This document shows, piece after piece, positions 13,839 to 27,055 of a stretch of 64,000 nt of DNA. Origin of the DNA: the human T2T-CHM13v2.0 reference genome, Homo sapiens; the NCBI RefSeq assembly GCF_009914755.1, contig NC_060925.1; one strand, given 5' to 3'. The position numbers and the translations under genes were made by a program. Numbering within the stretch: the first letter of the stretch is position 1; each line of letters starts with the position of its first letter. Under the pieces are notes generated by a model, which was not told where the DNA came from, made no database searches, and saw only the letters and a list, made by a program, of their open reading frames with translations.

Positions 13839-15000
13839 AACAAGAACTCCTTTAGTCTATGCTGGCTTTGCAGTATTGAGGGCAATGCAGACTGGATCAC
13901 AAATGAAATAAAGTTTGAATCCATTAATTAAGCTGTAGTATTGCCAGGCTTTTTGTAACAAGGTTTTCAGTTTTTCAAGCACATGGATCTCCGAGTTTGA
14001 AACCAGATGCATAGATAATCACTATTGTCTTGCTTGGAAAGTGAAGATGGACCCATATATAGGGGCTTCTCTCTTGTGCCTATATAACTTCATTTTAGGC
14101 AGAGATCTGCCAACCAATGTGAGTCGGACCTGGAGAATACAGAATCACATACAAGCTTTTCTCCTGAAATATGCTTCTTTAATAGAGTTGAAATGAAAAT
14201 CAGAAGTACCTACATTTTACTTTGAAATAGTCAGAAATGCCTTGAAGAAATAGAAAGGGACCATTGCAGTCTCCACATTTAGTGCTATTTAAAAAATTTC
14301 TCCCAACAATCCTATGCTGTAGTATACAACACAGCATATTCAAAATAGTTGTGGGAGAACAGCTGTACTGATCAGATGCAGATTTTAAAAGTGGATGAAA
14401 TAGCGGTATTGTGTCATCAAATCTTCCAGCCCTGGGAGCAAATGATAAGACATGCTCTTTTTTTTTTTCTTTTTTTTTTTTCACTTGCAGGTGCAATCAT
14501 TTACAACTAAATGGCAGGAATGTCTCTCACACAAGCAGTTAATATGCACTAGAATTTTCCCAGTAACCAGATGGCATGCATTTCATACCAAGCTTGTTGA
14601 AATAAGAACTGAAATCATCTGCCAATAAGTTGCATGGAAGTTTTCCACAGTCTCCTTAGGTGACCCCATTTAAGATTTTGAATTTTTTGAGGTCAGAAAG
14701 CTTATAAATATTCAGTTCTTGGTGACTCACTTTCAGGGCTGTGGTGGGGTAATTATAGAATAATTCTAGTTAGCCATCAATGAAAATATTCTGACTTTAG
14801 CTTATGTTTGGTTCTGCTTTTTTTTCTTATTACCTTCCTCATTTTTAATACAGTCTTTACTAAGAGTGCCACCTAAAGAAAAATAATGAATCAAAACAGC
14901 CATGAACAATGTTAGTTTCTTTGACTGGAAACATCATTATTGTGAGCCCAAAACTTTAAAGAATGTATGAAAGTACAGAAATTATATTTAAAATGTTTTG

Positions 15001-15606
15001 AATGTAGTACACATTTGTTTTGGCCTCAACAGCATGCATTACTCCACCATCTGCTACCAATGCTCTAATATTCCTTGAAACAATATCCCTACCCTAGACC
15101 TATTCCTAGCTGGAGGAGGATGATGTGATCTGGACCTGCCTAAACAGGATATATCACAGAATTGCAGCCAGGATGGTCACATGTCCCAAGTCAGCCAATC
15201 AGGGCTAGAGAAGCACAACTATGGAATTTTTGTTGAAATTGTTAGGGAGAAATATATTTCTTTTCCTTTAGACTTATAAAATATAGACATGGAGATGCTG
15301 GTGGGCATCTTACTATCATGTAAGAGAGTTTGCTTGAGAATAAATTCAAAAGAGTGGAAAGAAGGACTTAGAGATGAAAACAGTAAAATAGAAATAAATG
15401 AGAAAGAGAAGAAATTAGAATAAGAAGAGAGGGGGAGTCAGAATGATTGTGTCCTGATGATACTATTGAAACCCTTGATGTAGCTGAAGCCTAATTCTAT
15501 ACTCAGAATTGTTTTAGTTATAATAAACAACACATTCCATGTTGGCTTAAGTTAGTATGAGCCAGGATCTCTGCTACTTGCAACTTTAAAAGTCTTGAAT
15601 GATGTA
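15001..15606 (+). mobile_element. Ancient ERVL/MaLR-type LTR (MLT1K/L-like)
   Basis: Internal motif ggtcacatgtcccaagtcagccaatcagg; 3' end gcttaagttagtatgagccagg...ctacttgcaac. Confidence 0.55.
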
Positions 15607-16172
15607 TATATAGGAAATTACATTGGTGCTGTTCCTAATTCCAAAAAGCAATGAGGTGTTCCCAGGGATTGATTAAATTACTCTATGGGAAATTTCTGCT
15701 CAACTTTTGGAGCAGAGTTCATTTTCTTGGAAATATAAGTCAAAATTCTTGTTTTATCTAAATAAACCAAGACACAGATGGCTTGCTTGTCCAGTCTCAC
15801 AGTAGGAGACAGCCTGTGAAGATGAGTGGGGCCATTGATGAGAAAAATTCCCTTACCCATGAATTGTTCATTTTTTCATGTTTATACACATGGACAGCAA
15901 TGTCATAAGCTGCAGGGTTGTTGTGTTTTTCCCATATGTGAAGGAAACCACATAACTTTAGAATGACTGTTTTTTCTTAGGGAAAGAAAGGGAGTAAAAC
16001 ACTATTTCAGATGCCATCTAGACTTATGGTTTCCTTTGTCCTTTTGGGCTTAGCTTTCAGCTTCATTTATTCAATATGGCCCTGAATGGATTTATGAGGC
16101 ATAACCAGGACTCTCTAGTCCATCTCTTACAGTGACTACTCCAGGTTTCTCCTGTCCTTTCACTTCAACATT

Positions 16173-16280
16173 TCTCTCTCTCTCTCTTTTTCTCACCTCT
16201 CTCTCTGTGTATGTGTGTGAGAGAGAGACAGAGAGAGAAAGAGAGAGAGAGACAGAGAGACAGAGAGAGAGAGAGAGAGA
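16173..16280. repeat. Compound (CT)n-(GT)n-(GA)n microsatellite
   Basis: Pyrimidine tract, then a TG spacer, then a long GA tract. Confidence 0.95.
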
Positions 16281-16519
16281 TCTCCTACTCAAAACCAGCA
16301 ATTTCAGAAAACTTGTCCATTTTCAGGCTGATCTTTTTTTTCCTATGTTCCTTATCACATTCCTTCCCATCCCTCTAAAGACAGCTCTGTTGCTTGTGCA
16401 TGCTTTTTTATATCCACAATCTTTCCTATTTTGATCAACTGGCTTTTTGTCTTCTGCCTTCACGTATTAAAAACATCAAACTTGCCTTGGGAGGAGAAAA
16501 TCCTGGGTACTACCGCCTG

Positions 16520-16898
16520 TATCATTCCCATATGATGGGAGTCATTAGTACCACATGCCTAGGTCTGGTTTATGTCTCCTGATGAAATCCTTGTGATTAG
16601 GTAGGGCTATGTGACTAGATCTTGTCATGGAGTTGTGAGGGAAAGGGACATCTGTCACTTCTACTAGAACACTTATTTGTCAATGCAAGATTATTCAGAG
16701 CTCCCTTTCTATTTGCTGATACCCATCAACACTCCAGATAGTAGATGTTCCATCAACTTGGGTCCAAAAGTGAGGACACACAGAGCAGAATGCCAGCCAA
16801 AGGGCATGTAGTGGTGAAATCTTTGCTGTGTACGTTGTTATCAAGGTTTGAAAGCTGTTTGTTACTGTAGCTTAAATTGATGTATTCTGACTGACATA
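16520..16898 (+). mobile_element. LTR16-like (ERVL) LTR
   Basis: ttaggtagggctatgtgactag; ttccatcaacttgggtcc; tttgttactgtagc...ttctgactgacata. Confidence 0.6.
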
Positions 16899-17249
16899 CT
16901 TACTGTTCTGTTTTTTCTTAGTTTAATTTCTAGTCTCTTAAGAGGAAGATATTTTTTAGGTGTTGTCACTACGTTATGAACATTCCTTCACATTTAATAG
17001 GTAAATCTAGCATCCATGTCACTGAAGTTACAAACAAACTCTTACACTCCTGCTCTGTGTTTCCTGCCTATATTTTGTGCTATCTTGACTTTCTGTTGCA
17101 ACTCATACCTCTGATCATGACGGTCATCCTGAAATTCCCATGGGTTCTGTTGCCCTCAACTCTGACTTATCAACTTCCTTTCATACTTTTCCCTGTTTCC
17201 CATGTTAATCCAAGGTTTAGTCCTGGCAGGATACTATGACGAAAAGTGC

Positions 17250-17460
17250 CCACACCATGGAATAAGGTGGCCTCGGTTTAAATTCTAGCTTAATCAACTT
17301 ATTAGCTATATGACACTGGGCAAGTCACTTAACCTGTCTCAGTCTCAATTTCCTTTTTAGTAAAATAGGGATGCTAATAATAAAAAAGCAGCACTGTCAC
17401 AAGGATTAGCAACATAATTAATGCAAAATGCCTAGCTCATAGTTGAGACTAAATAATGAT
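17250..17460 (+). mobile_element. MIR
   Basis: tgggcaagtcacttaacctgtctcagtctcaatttcct...taaaatagggat. Confidence 0.8.
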
Positions 17461-17863
17461 GACAATGATTTTTATGCAATTCAAATGCCTCTAATCTCTT
17501 TGCTTTGGGGGGTCTATTTTTCCCTAAACAGGATGATTGTATTATACAATCCTAGAGAGCACTACTCACATTGCGTTCTAATTATTGGCTCCCCCTGAAG
17601 TGCAAGTCCAATGTGACAGTTGTGTTTAAAGTTGTAATATTGTAAGATACCATTTTAAAAGACCAGCAAGAATTCCAAATATTTGTCTTTGTCCCTGTCT
17701 TGTTAATGGCAGAAAATCCAATTCTCTGCTACTTTTCCTTTCTCATATAATTTTGGGAATTCTTGCTACACAAATATTTAACATGTTACACAAACCCATG
17801 ATGGCTGTTGCTTTGATGGTCTAAACAATTGCTGCCACAGAATTTCACGGACCTTCCTCTATC

Positions 17864-18221
17864 TGCTATGGTCTGAAAGCTTTTGTTACTCCAAAATTCG
17901 TATGTTGTAACTTAATCCCCAGTGTCGTGGTATTAAGAGGCAGAGTCTTTGAGATGTGACTAGGTAATGATGGTTCTGCCCTCATGAATAGGATTAGTGC
18001 CCTTATCAAAGGGGCCCAAGGGAGTTTGTTTGTCTCTTCCACCATGTGGGGACACAAAGAAAATGACATCTCTGAGGCACAGGCCCTAATCAGACACCAA
18101 ATCCTCTGGCACCTTAGTCTTGGACTTCCCAGTCTCCAGAACTATAAGCAATACATTTTTATTGTTTATACATTATTCAACCTAAGATATTTTGTTACAG
18201 CAGCAAGAATGTACTAAGACA
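17864..18221 (+). mobile_element. MLT1A/MSTD-type MaLR solo LTR
   Basis: tgctatggtctgaa ... gcagcaagaatgtactaagaca. TSD CTATC/CCATC. Confidence 0.88.
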
Positions 18222-18734
18222 CCATCTGTTTAACTGGCTGATTCAGGCTGATGTTGCTTGGCCTATACCTGTATTATTCCCCAAAGTAAAGCTAAGATCC
18301 ACTGAAATGTTTAACTTGTTACTCCAGAAGGCTTGGAGATAAAGTACATCACAAAGAGTAGTTGATGGCTTTCAATGGAATTGGATCTGAGAAGAGGCTA
18401 CACTTAGGACCCACTGGTTCAAATCTAGTACCTAGAAGGCTGTCAACTAGCTCAGCATCTAACAATGGGAAGCCCCAACTTAGAACCTAGAATCAACTCT
18501 CTTAGGACCCAGAGGAAAAATATAGGTCATTTTCTACTCCAAGCTATGACTTCTTTCCTGCAGGAGGAATTCTCTTCCATGATGTTGACAGCCTCAATTA
18601 CAGCAGAAGCTAACAGGGGAAGTAGTAAAACTGAACAGCAGTAATCCTGGCTGGAAAGTCACTGATGGTCAATTATGAAAGATCTGTCACAGGAGAAGCC
18701 TTCAATAGAAGCAAGTGAGTAATAGAAGACAGAA

Positions 18735-18945
18735 TTGATTGGGCTCTAGTGTCAGCATGGGTTGAATCTCAGATCTATCACTTATTAATACTGTGACTGT
18801 GAGGAAGTCACTACAACTCTGTGCCTGAGCTTCTTCATAACTGAAGATGACATTAGCATCTGTATCATAGGATTGTTATGGAGATTGAATGAGATAATGC
18901 ACATGAAGTACTTAGTATAATGTCTGCCTACTCTAAGCACTCACT
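18735..18945 (+). mobile_element. MIR
   Basis: gggttgaatctcag...ataggattgttatggagattgaatgagataatgcacatgaagtacttag. Confidence 0.8.
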
Positions 18946-18993
18946 ACAAGTATTTGGAAGTATTCCAAATCAGGTATTATTATTATCATTATT

Positions 18994-19185
18994 AATAGCT
19001 AAAACCTACCATTTGTGAAGCACCTATTCTGTGCCAGGCACAATGTTAAGAACTTTACATATATTTAACCCTATGAGCTAAATATGTTATTTATATTATT
19101 GCAGGTAAAGAGAAGTTACATGACTTTTTCCAGATCAGAACTGAGACTGGAACTCAAAGCTCTCTTTTTATGTTTGCCCCCATTG
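18994..19185 (-). mobile_element. MIR
   Basis: Antisense MIR 3' end (gcacctattctgtgccaggcacaatgttaagaactttacatat). Confidence 0.7.
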
Positions 19186-19404
19186 TCCTGAGAATGCAAC
19201 TACAAGATCCAGGAGCCTATCCCCAAATTTCACAGAGTTTATTAAAAATGACAATGTATTTGGGACACAAACACATCATCAAGGTGAAGATTCCAGCTCT
19301 TCTTATTCAGCCTCTTGCCACCAGAGTAAGAGGAAGATATTCCTATTACCTTTCTTGTCTTTCTAGATGATCTGTAAGCCTGAACTCCTGTGGCCTCCTG
19401 TTCA

Positions 19405-19452
19405 TAACACACATATATACACCCCCACACCAACACACCCCCACATACACAC

Positions 19453-19487
<35 letters not shown>

Positions 19488-19500
19488 CATACATACATGT
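19405..19500. repeat. (CA)n microsatellite
   Basis: Imperfect, then pure, CA run. Confidence 0.92.
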
Positions 19501-19888
19501 ACCTCTTCTCACTCTGCAACTGCAGGTCCATATTTCAGAAAAGTATCCCTGTTGAGCACCCCAATATGTATTACTAAGCAGAAGACTTAGAAAATCAAGT
19601 CTGAAGCGAGCCTTCAAAAACACTGTGTATATTTAGCTTACAGCTGTTTGACTGAAACAACATTCCAAAGTGACCTTTCCTGGAAGAAAAAAAAAATCAA
19701 CTTTTACCTAAAATGAAAAAACTTCCTGGACACCCTAGAATGGCAATGTTTAAAATATTTTCAGACCCAGTATCTACTGACCTGTTTATCCCATGAACTT
19801 GAATACAATCCACAAGTTAACATCAAGTATCACCACCATGTTATTGACTCTGAAAGTAAAAACTCTTGACTAGACCCTTGAGCCAAGA

Positions 19889-19945
19889 TTTTTTTTTTTT
19901 TTTGAGACAGAGTCTCACTCTGTCACCCAGGCTGGAGTGCAGTGG
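19889..19945 (-). mobile_element. Extremely 5'-truncated Alu (last ~43 nt plus poly-A)
   Basis: T-run + gagacagagtctcactctgtcacccaggctggagtgcagtgg. TSD GAGCCAAG at 19880-19887 and 19946-19953. Confidence 0.9.
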
Positions 19946-20059
19946 GAGCCAAGTTTTAATTCCATATTTTCTGCTTCCAGAACATCTCCACTTGGATGCC
20001 CAGCTGTCAACTAAGAACTACACGTATAGGGGAAAACGATAGTGTACACTGATTCGAAG

Positions 20060-20283
20060 TGTGGCTATACAATTATCCAGTCTTGTTTGAATCCATGTCC
20101 TACCATTTGCAGCTCTGTGACCTTGAGCAACTTGACCTCTGAGACTCAATTTTCTGAGCTATAAAATAGGACTAGTAACAGAGTGTATATCACAGGGCTG
20201 TGAGAAAGAAATAATACATATAAGACATACCAGAATGCCTGGGACGTCGTACATGTCCGATAGATATTTTTCTATTGTTTCTT
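20060..20283 (+). mobile_element. MIR
   Basis: tttgaatcc...ctctgtgaccttgagcaac...ctctgagactcaattttct...taaaatagg. Confidence 0.75.
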
Positions 20284-20297
20284 TACATTATTATTAC

Positions 20298-20600
20298 TTT
20301 TTTATTTATTTTTATTTTTTGAGACGGAGTCTCACTCTGTTGCCCAGGATGGAGTGCGGTGGCATGATCTCGGCTCACTACAACCTCCGCCTTCCGGGTT
20401 CAAGTGATTCTCCTGCCTCAGCCTCCTGAGTAGCTGGGACTACAGGTTAGCACCACCACACCCAGATAATTTTTGTATTTTTAGTAGAGATGGGGTTTCA
20501 CCATGTTGGCCAGGATGGTCTCAATCTCTTGACCTCGTGATCCATCCACCTTGGCCTCCCAAAGTGCTGGGATTATAGGCGTGAGACACCGTGCCCAGCC
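20298..20600 (-). mobile_element. AluSc
   Basis: Reverse-complement Alu with Sc motif ggatcacgaggtcaagagattgagaccatcctggcc. TSD TACATTATTATTA at 20284-20296 and 20601-20613. Confidence 0.93.
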
Positions 20601-21219
20601 TACATTATTATTATTATGCACAAATTAAATTCATCTTTCCTCATTATCCACAAGTAAACTTTAGTTCCACTCAATGGTACTTTTTCTTCAGGATCAAAAC
20701 CTTGGAGGTTTTTAAACTTATCTTTTGTTATCCATATGTCACTTAAGTTCTTTATAGAATGATATATCAGTGAATAAATACATTATAAATGAATGAAAAA
20801 AAGGACATAATCACCAAGTACTAATTTTTTCTTTCAATAATTTTTCTCTTTCTCTTCATTCCTCCTCTCAAGAACCTGGCTTGAAATTCCACCTCCTAAT
20901 CAACTCCATGAAGTCCCCAGACTAAACAGTCACCCTTTAAGTTTTTGCCCCTGTAATTCATTGTTAAATCAAATTTTCTAAGATACTGTTTTCAATTCAT
21001 CATTATATAATGATTCCTGATCTCCTTATTTGATTTTATGCCAAATTTCTCATTTTGGCTTTTAGAGGTCACTATCAGTAGGCCCCTTCTCCACAGTTTG
21101 ATCTCTTTCTGCTCCCAGCACTGACTCTCTGTCCCCTTTCATAGAGTCCTCATCCTTATCACATGCCCAAGGCATTGGTAAAGGTAAATGTCATCCTGGC
21201 TCAGCCACCTGGAATCCCT

Positions 21220-21640
21220 CAAGCTTTTTAAAACCCAAATCTGATCATGCTCCTCCTCTGCACTTCATCCTGTGATAGCTCTTTTGCCTTTAGAATAAAA
21301 CACAATCTCTTTGCCAACATGTTTATAGAGTCAACTATGTTTTAAACATCGTAGTAGGCAAAGATGAGCAAGGTACAGTCCTGGCTTTTAAGGTGCTCAG
21401 AGTCTTAGAGGATGTGAAAGTGACCTATAAACTTGGCCCCTCCCTACCTCTGGCTCATTTGTCACTTCTCACTTGAGTCCTATTCTTCAGCCTTATTTAA
21501 TGAATTGCCAGCAGTTCTCCAAATGTGCCCTGCTCCCTCACCTTCCCTTGGAAGGTTCTCCTAGGTCCACCACCACCCCGTCTAGCTTGGGCAGTCGTCT
21601 TCTGTGTTCCTAGAGCATTCTGTGATAGCGTCTTTCATAG
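21220..21640 (+). mobile_element. L2 fragments (with a short opposite-strand L2 3' piece at ~21315-21410)
   Basis: aaatctgatcatgctcctcctctgc...gcctttagaataaaac is a typical L2 phrase. Confidence 0.55.
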
Positions 21641-22039
21641 CATCAAAATAGTGGTAAGAAGTCTCCCCAACAGAACAGCCAATAGGAATTGTGTTAGACT
21701 CTTGTGACAGCTAGTATATACCATAAAACAATAATGTGTTACTCTCTTCTGCTTATTGGCTTTTATGTCAATGCTTTGATGCTCTTCTTCAGAAAGAAAG
21801 TGTCCACGTATTTAAAAATTGTTATGAGCCATCCCTTCATTGGCCTGCCTTCCTTCCTCAAGGGAATTTACCTTTCACTGAAGGTTCCTCAGTCTTTTCC
21901 CACAAAGCTTGAGTTCCAAACCTTAGCATCCTTTATTGCTCTCTTTCAGGCTCCAACCTCTTAATAGTTTGTACTTTTCTACCACTTAGGATTTGCAACC
22001 CTGGATCTTGTTTTGTAGACATGTAATTAAATAACAATT

Positions 22040-22240
22040 AAATGAACTTAGGGATCAAACAAGTCTGTTTTCAAATTGTAGCTCTGCTGTAGTAAAATTT
22101 AGAAATCACTTTCTCTTTCTGAACCTCAGTGTTTTCATACCTAAAATGTAATAATAAAAGATTGTCTTATAGAATTGTTGGGAGTATTAAAGATACACTT
22201 TATGCAAAACTCCACAGTAGCCAGAACGTGTTAGGAAATC
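22040..22240 (+). mobile_element. MIR
   Basis: tctgaacctcagtgttttcatacctaaaatg...agaattgttgggagtattaaa. Confidence 0.65.
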
Positions 22241-22249
22241 TAGGTCTGC

Positions 22250-22287
22250 TTATCTATCTATCTATCTATCTATTTTTCATCTATCTA
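22250..22287. repeat. (TCTA)n tetranucleotide repeat
   Basis: tatctatctatctatctatctat...ctatcta. Confidence 0.85.
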
Positions 22288-24075
22288 AAAATGCTTTGTT
22301 GTTCAGCCCCTAGATTTTGTCACCAAGCCTGGTGCTTACTTCTTTATACTTTTAGTCAGATGGCCTCAACAGTGATGGCCACAACAAAGACTCCTGTCAG
22401 AGAATTTCCAATCACTGAGCACATGAATAAATTATTAGAGCATTTAACTTCCTCCTGCACTCTCAGCAGAGGTCTTTTTTCTTGTTTCCCAGAGAAAATA
22501 ACACCATCAGACAGGCACTCCCTGAATATCTCACTCCCAAGTCTCCAGACCTGCAGTAGGAGAATGTGCCTCCAATTGAATGTCCTCTTCTCCTACCCTG
22601 TCACAAACTTCTGCCATCAGACTCTCTCACTAATACCTCTCATACTGTGGGCTATGAGTTAATCTTTATATGAGTGAGTTAGCCCTCATACTCTCTAATA
22701 ACTTTAAACACTTACTCTACTAAAACACAAAGATTATTATAACAAAGAAAATATTTTATAAAAGTATCAACTCATCAAGAAAACATAACAATCCTATATG
22801 TGCATGATGCTAATAACAGAGATGCAACACACCTGAAACAAAACCTGATCAAAGTAACAGAGGAAGTTAAAAACACATCTACAATTATAGTTGAAAATGT
22901 CAGCATTCCCTTCTCAGTAACTGGTTTATAAAAAGTTGACAAAACAAGTAATTATTTATAAAAGAATTGAACAACCACTATCAGTCAAATTCACCTAGTT
23001 GAAATTTATATAACACTATACTCAACAACAATAGAATATATATTTTTTCAGGCACACATGGAATATACACCAAATAAACCAAATTCTGGGCCATTCAAAA
23101 TAAATAAAATAAAATTCTAAAAATATTTAAAAATTGAAAGTATGCAGAGCTTATTCTTAGATCACAATAGAAATTAACTAGAAATTAATAACAGAGTAGT
23201 ACCTGAGAGATTACTAAATAATTGAAAATTAAACAGCACACATCTGAGTAAACTATTAATCAAAATAGAAATCACAATGGAAATTAGAAAATATTTTGGA
23301 TTGGATGAAATAAAGAAACTACATAAAGAATTTGCGGAATGCAAGAAAAGCAGTACTTAGAGGAAAACTTATAAACTTGAATGCTTAAAAATCAATGATA
23401 TGTTTCTATCTTGAGAAACTAGAAAAATAGAATCAAATTAAACTAAATGTAAGAAGAAGAAAGAATAGAGATAACAAATTAATAAAAAAAAACAGGAAAA
23501 AAGAACTGAGAAATAATAATGAAATCAAAGAGTGGTTCTTTGATGAGATCAGTAAGGTTAATAAACCTCTAGTCAGACTGATCAGGAAAAGTAACAGAAG
23601 ACACAATAAACCAGTCTGAAGCATGAAAGAGGAAACATCAAATGCTCTAGATTTTAAGAAGATAAGAGAATATTGTAAAAAACTTTTATACCAACAAATT
23701 TGACAACATAAAGAATGGACAAATTTCTTAATAAAATACAGACTACCAAAGCTCAGTCAAGAAAAAATAGATAATCCAAATATCCACACATCTATTAGAA
23801 AAATTGAATTTATAATTTGAAGTCTTCTGCCAAAGAAAACTCTAGGCTTTACTGGTAACTTTTACCAAATTTTAAAAGAAGAAATAAAAAATTTTAAAGA
23901 ACAAATGCTTCCAGAAAATTGAAGAAGGCCAGTATTACCCTAATACAAAAACTATGTAACTATTACATGAGAGGAAGTTAAAGACCCATATTTCTCATGA
24001 ATACAAATTCAAAAACATTTATCACAATTTTAACAATAAAGTCCAACATTATCTAAGACTATAATATTTAATGGC

Positions 24076-24534
24076 TGTGATGGTTAACTTTATGTCATCT
24101 TAACTAGACCACAGGATGCCCAGATAATTTGGTTAAACATTATTTCTGGGTGTGTCTGTGAGGGTGTTCCCAGGAAAAAAAAATTAACATTTAAATTGGT
24201 AGACTGAGCAAAAGCAGATTGCCCTCCTCAGTGTGTGTAGGCACCATGCATCATCCATCCCACTGAGCACTTGAATCAAAGAAACGGTCTGAGAAAGTTT
24301 GGATTCTGTCTCTATGACTGTTTGAAGTGAGGCTTCAGTCTTCTCCTTCCCTTATACCATTGGTTCTCTACTTCTCAGAATAATACCAGCCAGCTTTCCT
24401 GATTCTCCAGCTTGCAGACAGCAGATTAGCCTATATAACCATATAAGCCAATTCCTTATAATAACATACATAATATATACATATGTAATACATGTATGTG
24501 TGTATATATTTATATGTATGTACGTTTGTGTGTG

Positions 24535-24565
<31 letters not shown>

Positions 24566-24621
24566 ATCTACACATGCATCTTCTATTGTTTCTTTATCTC
24601 TGGAAAACCCTAACAGATGCA
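24076..24621 (+). mobile_element. MLT2C/D-type (ERVL) solo LTR containing a (TA)/(TG)n tract
   Basis: tgtgatggttaactttatgtca ... tctctggaaaaccctaacagatgca; interrupts L1 ORF2. Confidence 0.88.
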
Positions 24622-26630
24622 ATGAACAAGTGGGATTCAATCCAAAAATGCTGGTTTAACATTGAAAAACATAAGCAATTCACCATATTAACATATAAAA
24701 AAAACAATATTATTTCAAAGATGCAGAAAAATTATTTGACATAATTTAATACCCATGTAAGATTTTTTAAACTAATACATGAACAGATCAAATTTTTTGA
24801 CTTCAAAAGGGAAATTTATGAAATAACCTACAGCTAGCATCATATTTAATGTTGAAAGACTGAATGCTTTCTCCCTAATATCAGGAACAAGACAATCTGT
24901 TTTCATGACATCTGTTAAATATTGTACTAGACAATCTGACGACTGCAATAAGGCAAAAAAAAAAAAAAATTCCAGGTTGAAAAAGAAGAAGTAAAACTAT
25001 CTTTGCATAGATGATATTTTGATATTTTAGATTATCTTAAAAACTCTAAAAAAGAGCCTACTTGGATCTAATAATTCAATTTATCAAGGTCTCAGAGCAC
25101 AAAGTCAATATAAAAAAGTCAATTATATTTTTATATAACAATGAATATTTAAAAATGAAATTTAAAATCCATACCACTTACGATAACATCAAAAACATCA
25201 AATTCCTAAGAGCAAATATAACAAAAATTTTTAAGACCTCTACCGTGGAAACTATAAAATATTATTAAGGAAATTAAAGACTTTAATAAATGATAGTACA
25301 TTACCATGTTTGGGGATTAAAAGACTCAAAATTGTTTAGATGGTAGTTCTCCTCAATTTGCTCTACTTATTTAAGGCAGTCCATGCTAAAGTCACAGAGT
25401 TTTGTTGTATATTTTTGTTCCTTTTTTTTTTTATGGAAATCCACAAGCTAGTTATAAAATCTATATGGAAAGGCACAGAACCTGGAACAGCAAAAGAAGC
25501 ATCAAGTAAGAAGATAAAAAGCTAAAAAATTTACATTACCAGAGATTAAGACTTACTCTACATCTACAGTAATTAAAACCACATGTATTTCACAAGTATA
25601 GACCAACTGACCAGTGGGACAGAATGAAGATGTGAGAAACAGAGCCACATATGTACAATCAACTGATCTCTAAGAAACTATTTATTAATATGTATTTCAG
25701 GGAAAATATTTATAATAAATTGTGCCAAGTCAATAGTGTATTCATATGGAAAACAATAAACCTTGACCCCCTACTTCACCCCATAAACAAACACACATGC
25801 ACACACACACGATTTATAGACCTGTATCAGACAGCTTCTAAAATAAAACATAGAAAAATATTTGTATTACCTTAAAATTGGAAAAGATGTTTTTCACAGG
25901 GTTTTTGAAAAGCACTAATAATAAAAGAAATAGTACATTGGACTTCATTAAAATTAAGAATTTCTATTTATCAAAAGTCACTATTAAGCAAATAATGGGT
26001 ATGTTTTTGTCCTCCAAGATGGCAGATTAGATGCTTTTAGCATACCTCAACCACTTGGAAATAGCAAAACAGTGCATAAAGATCAACCCTGTGAGCTTTA
26101 ATTCAAGAAAGAAAATGGGAATTCACTGGAATAGCAAAGGACACCCAAATCACGGAAAAGATAAGGTGAGCAAGCAGCCCCCATTATGGCATTTGCCTGA
26201 TAAAATTGAGTGAAGCACCTGCACATGAGGTAGACAGAGAGTCTTCCTCTGTAACTCACCTTTCCACTAGGGATCCTTGCAACCTAGGCCTAGGAAGAGC
26301 ATCCTGCTTGTCCCAAGCCCTGGAGCTAACTTGGGGAGTGGCTGGGAAATGCTAAAAGGAAAATACACCTGGAAAAGCTGCAGAAATTTTTCCAGGCCCA
26401 GGACTGAGAGGAGGACTCCATTTTTAATACAGGCTCATACAAAGTCAGTCATAACTTAGTAACCCGGCAGTGTGGCTGCGCAGGCTTTCTAGTCTCAGGC
26501 CAGAGGTTGAAGTGCTTGCTCTAGAGTTGGTAAAGGAACCCCACAGCCAGATTGAGTGGCAAGTGTAGTTAATTCTCCAACAGTAGATGCTGAAATTGGG
26601 CTCTGTCCTGTCACAGGACTGGAGTACGAG

Positions 26631-27055
26631 CGAAATGGTTAGGATCTGTGTCCCCACGTAAATCTCATATTTAATTGTAATCCGCAGTGTTGGAGGTGGG
26701 GCCTGGTGGGAGGTGAGTAGATTATGAGGGTGAATCCTTCATGAATGGTTTAGCAATACCCTTTTGGTGCTGCTCTCATGATAGCATGGTCACAAGATGT
26801 GGTTGTTTCAAAGTGTGTGGCACCTCCCCCTCTCTCTCTTCCTCCAGCTCTAGCCATGTGAAGTGCATCAGTCCTTTTTGCCTTCTGCCACGATTTTAAG
26901 TTCCCTGAGACCCTCCCCCCATCCCCCAACAAGAAGCTGATGCTGCCATGCTTCTTGCACAGCCTGCAGAACCATGATCCAGTTAAATCACTTTTCTTTA
27001 TAAATTACCCAGTCTTAAGTATTTCTTTATAGCAAAGTGAAAATGGACTAATACA
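26631..27055 (+). mobile_element. MSTA-type MaLR solo LTR
   Basis: atggttaggatctgtgtcccc...gttggaggtggggcctggtgggagg ... aaatggactaataca. Confidence 0.9.

Noticed and set aside
22129-22662. 177-aa ORF
   Set aside because: It runs through a MIR, a (TCTA)n repeat and L2-like sequence, has a non-ATG start and no recognisable domain.
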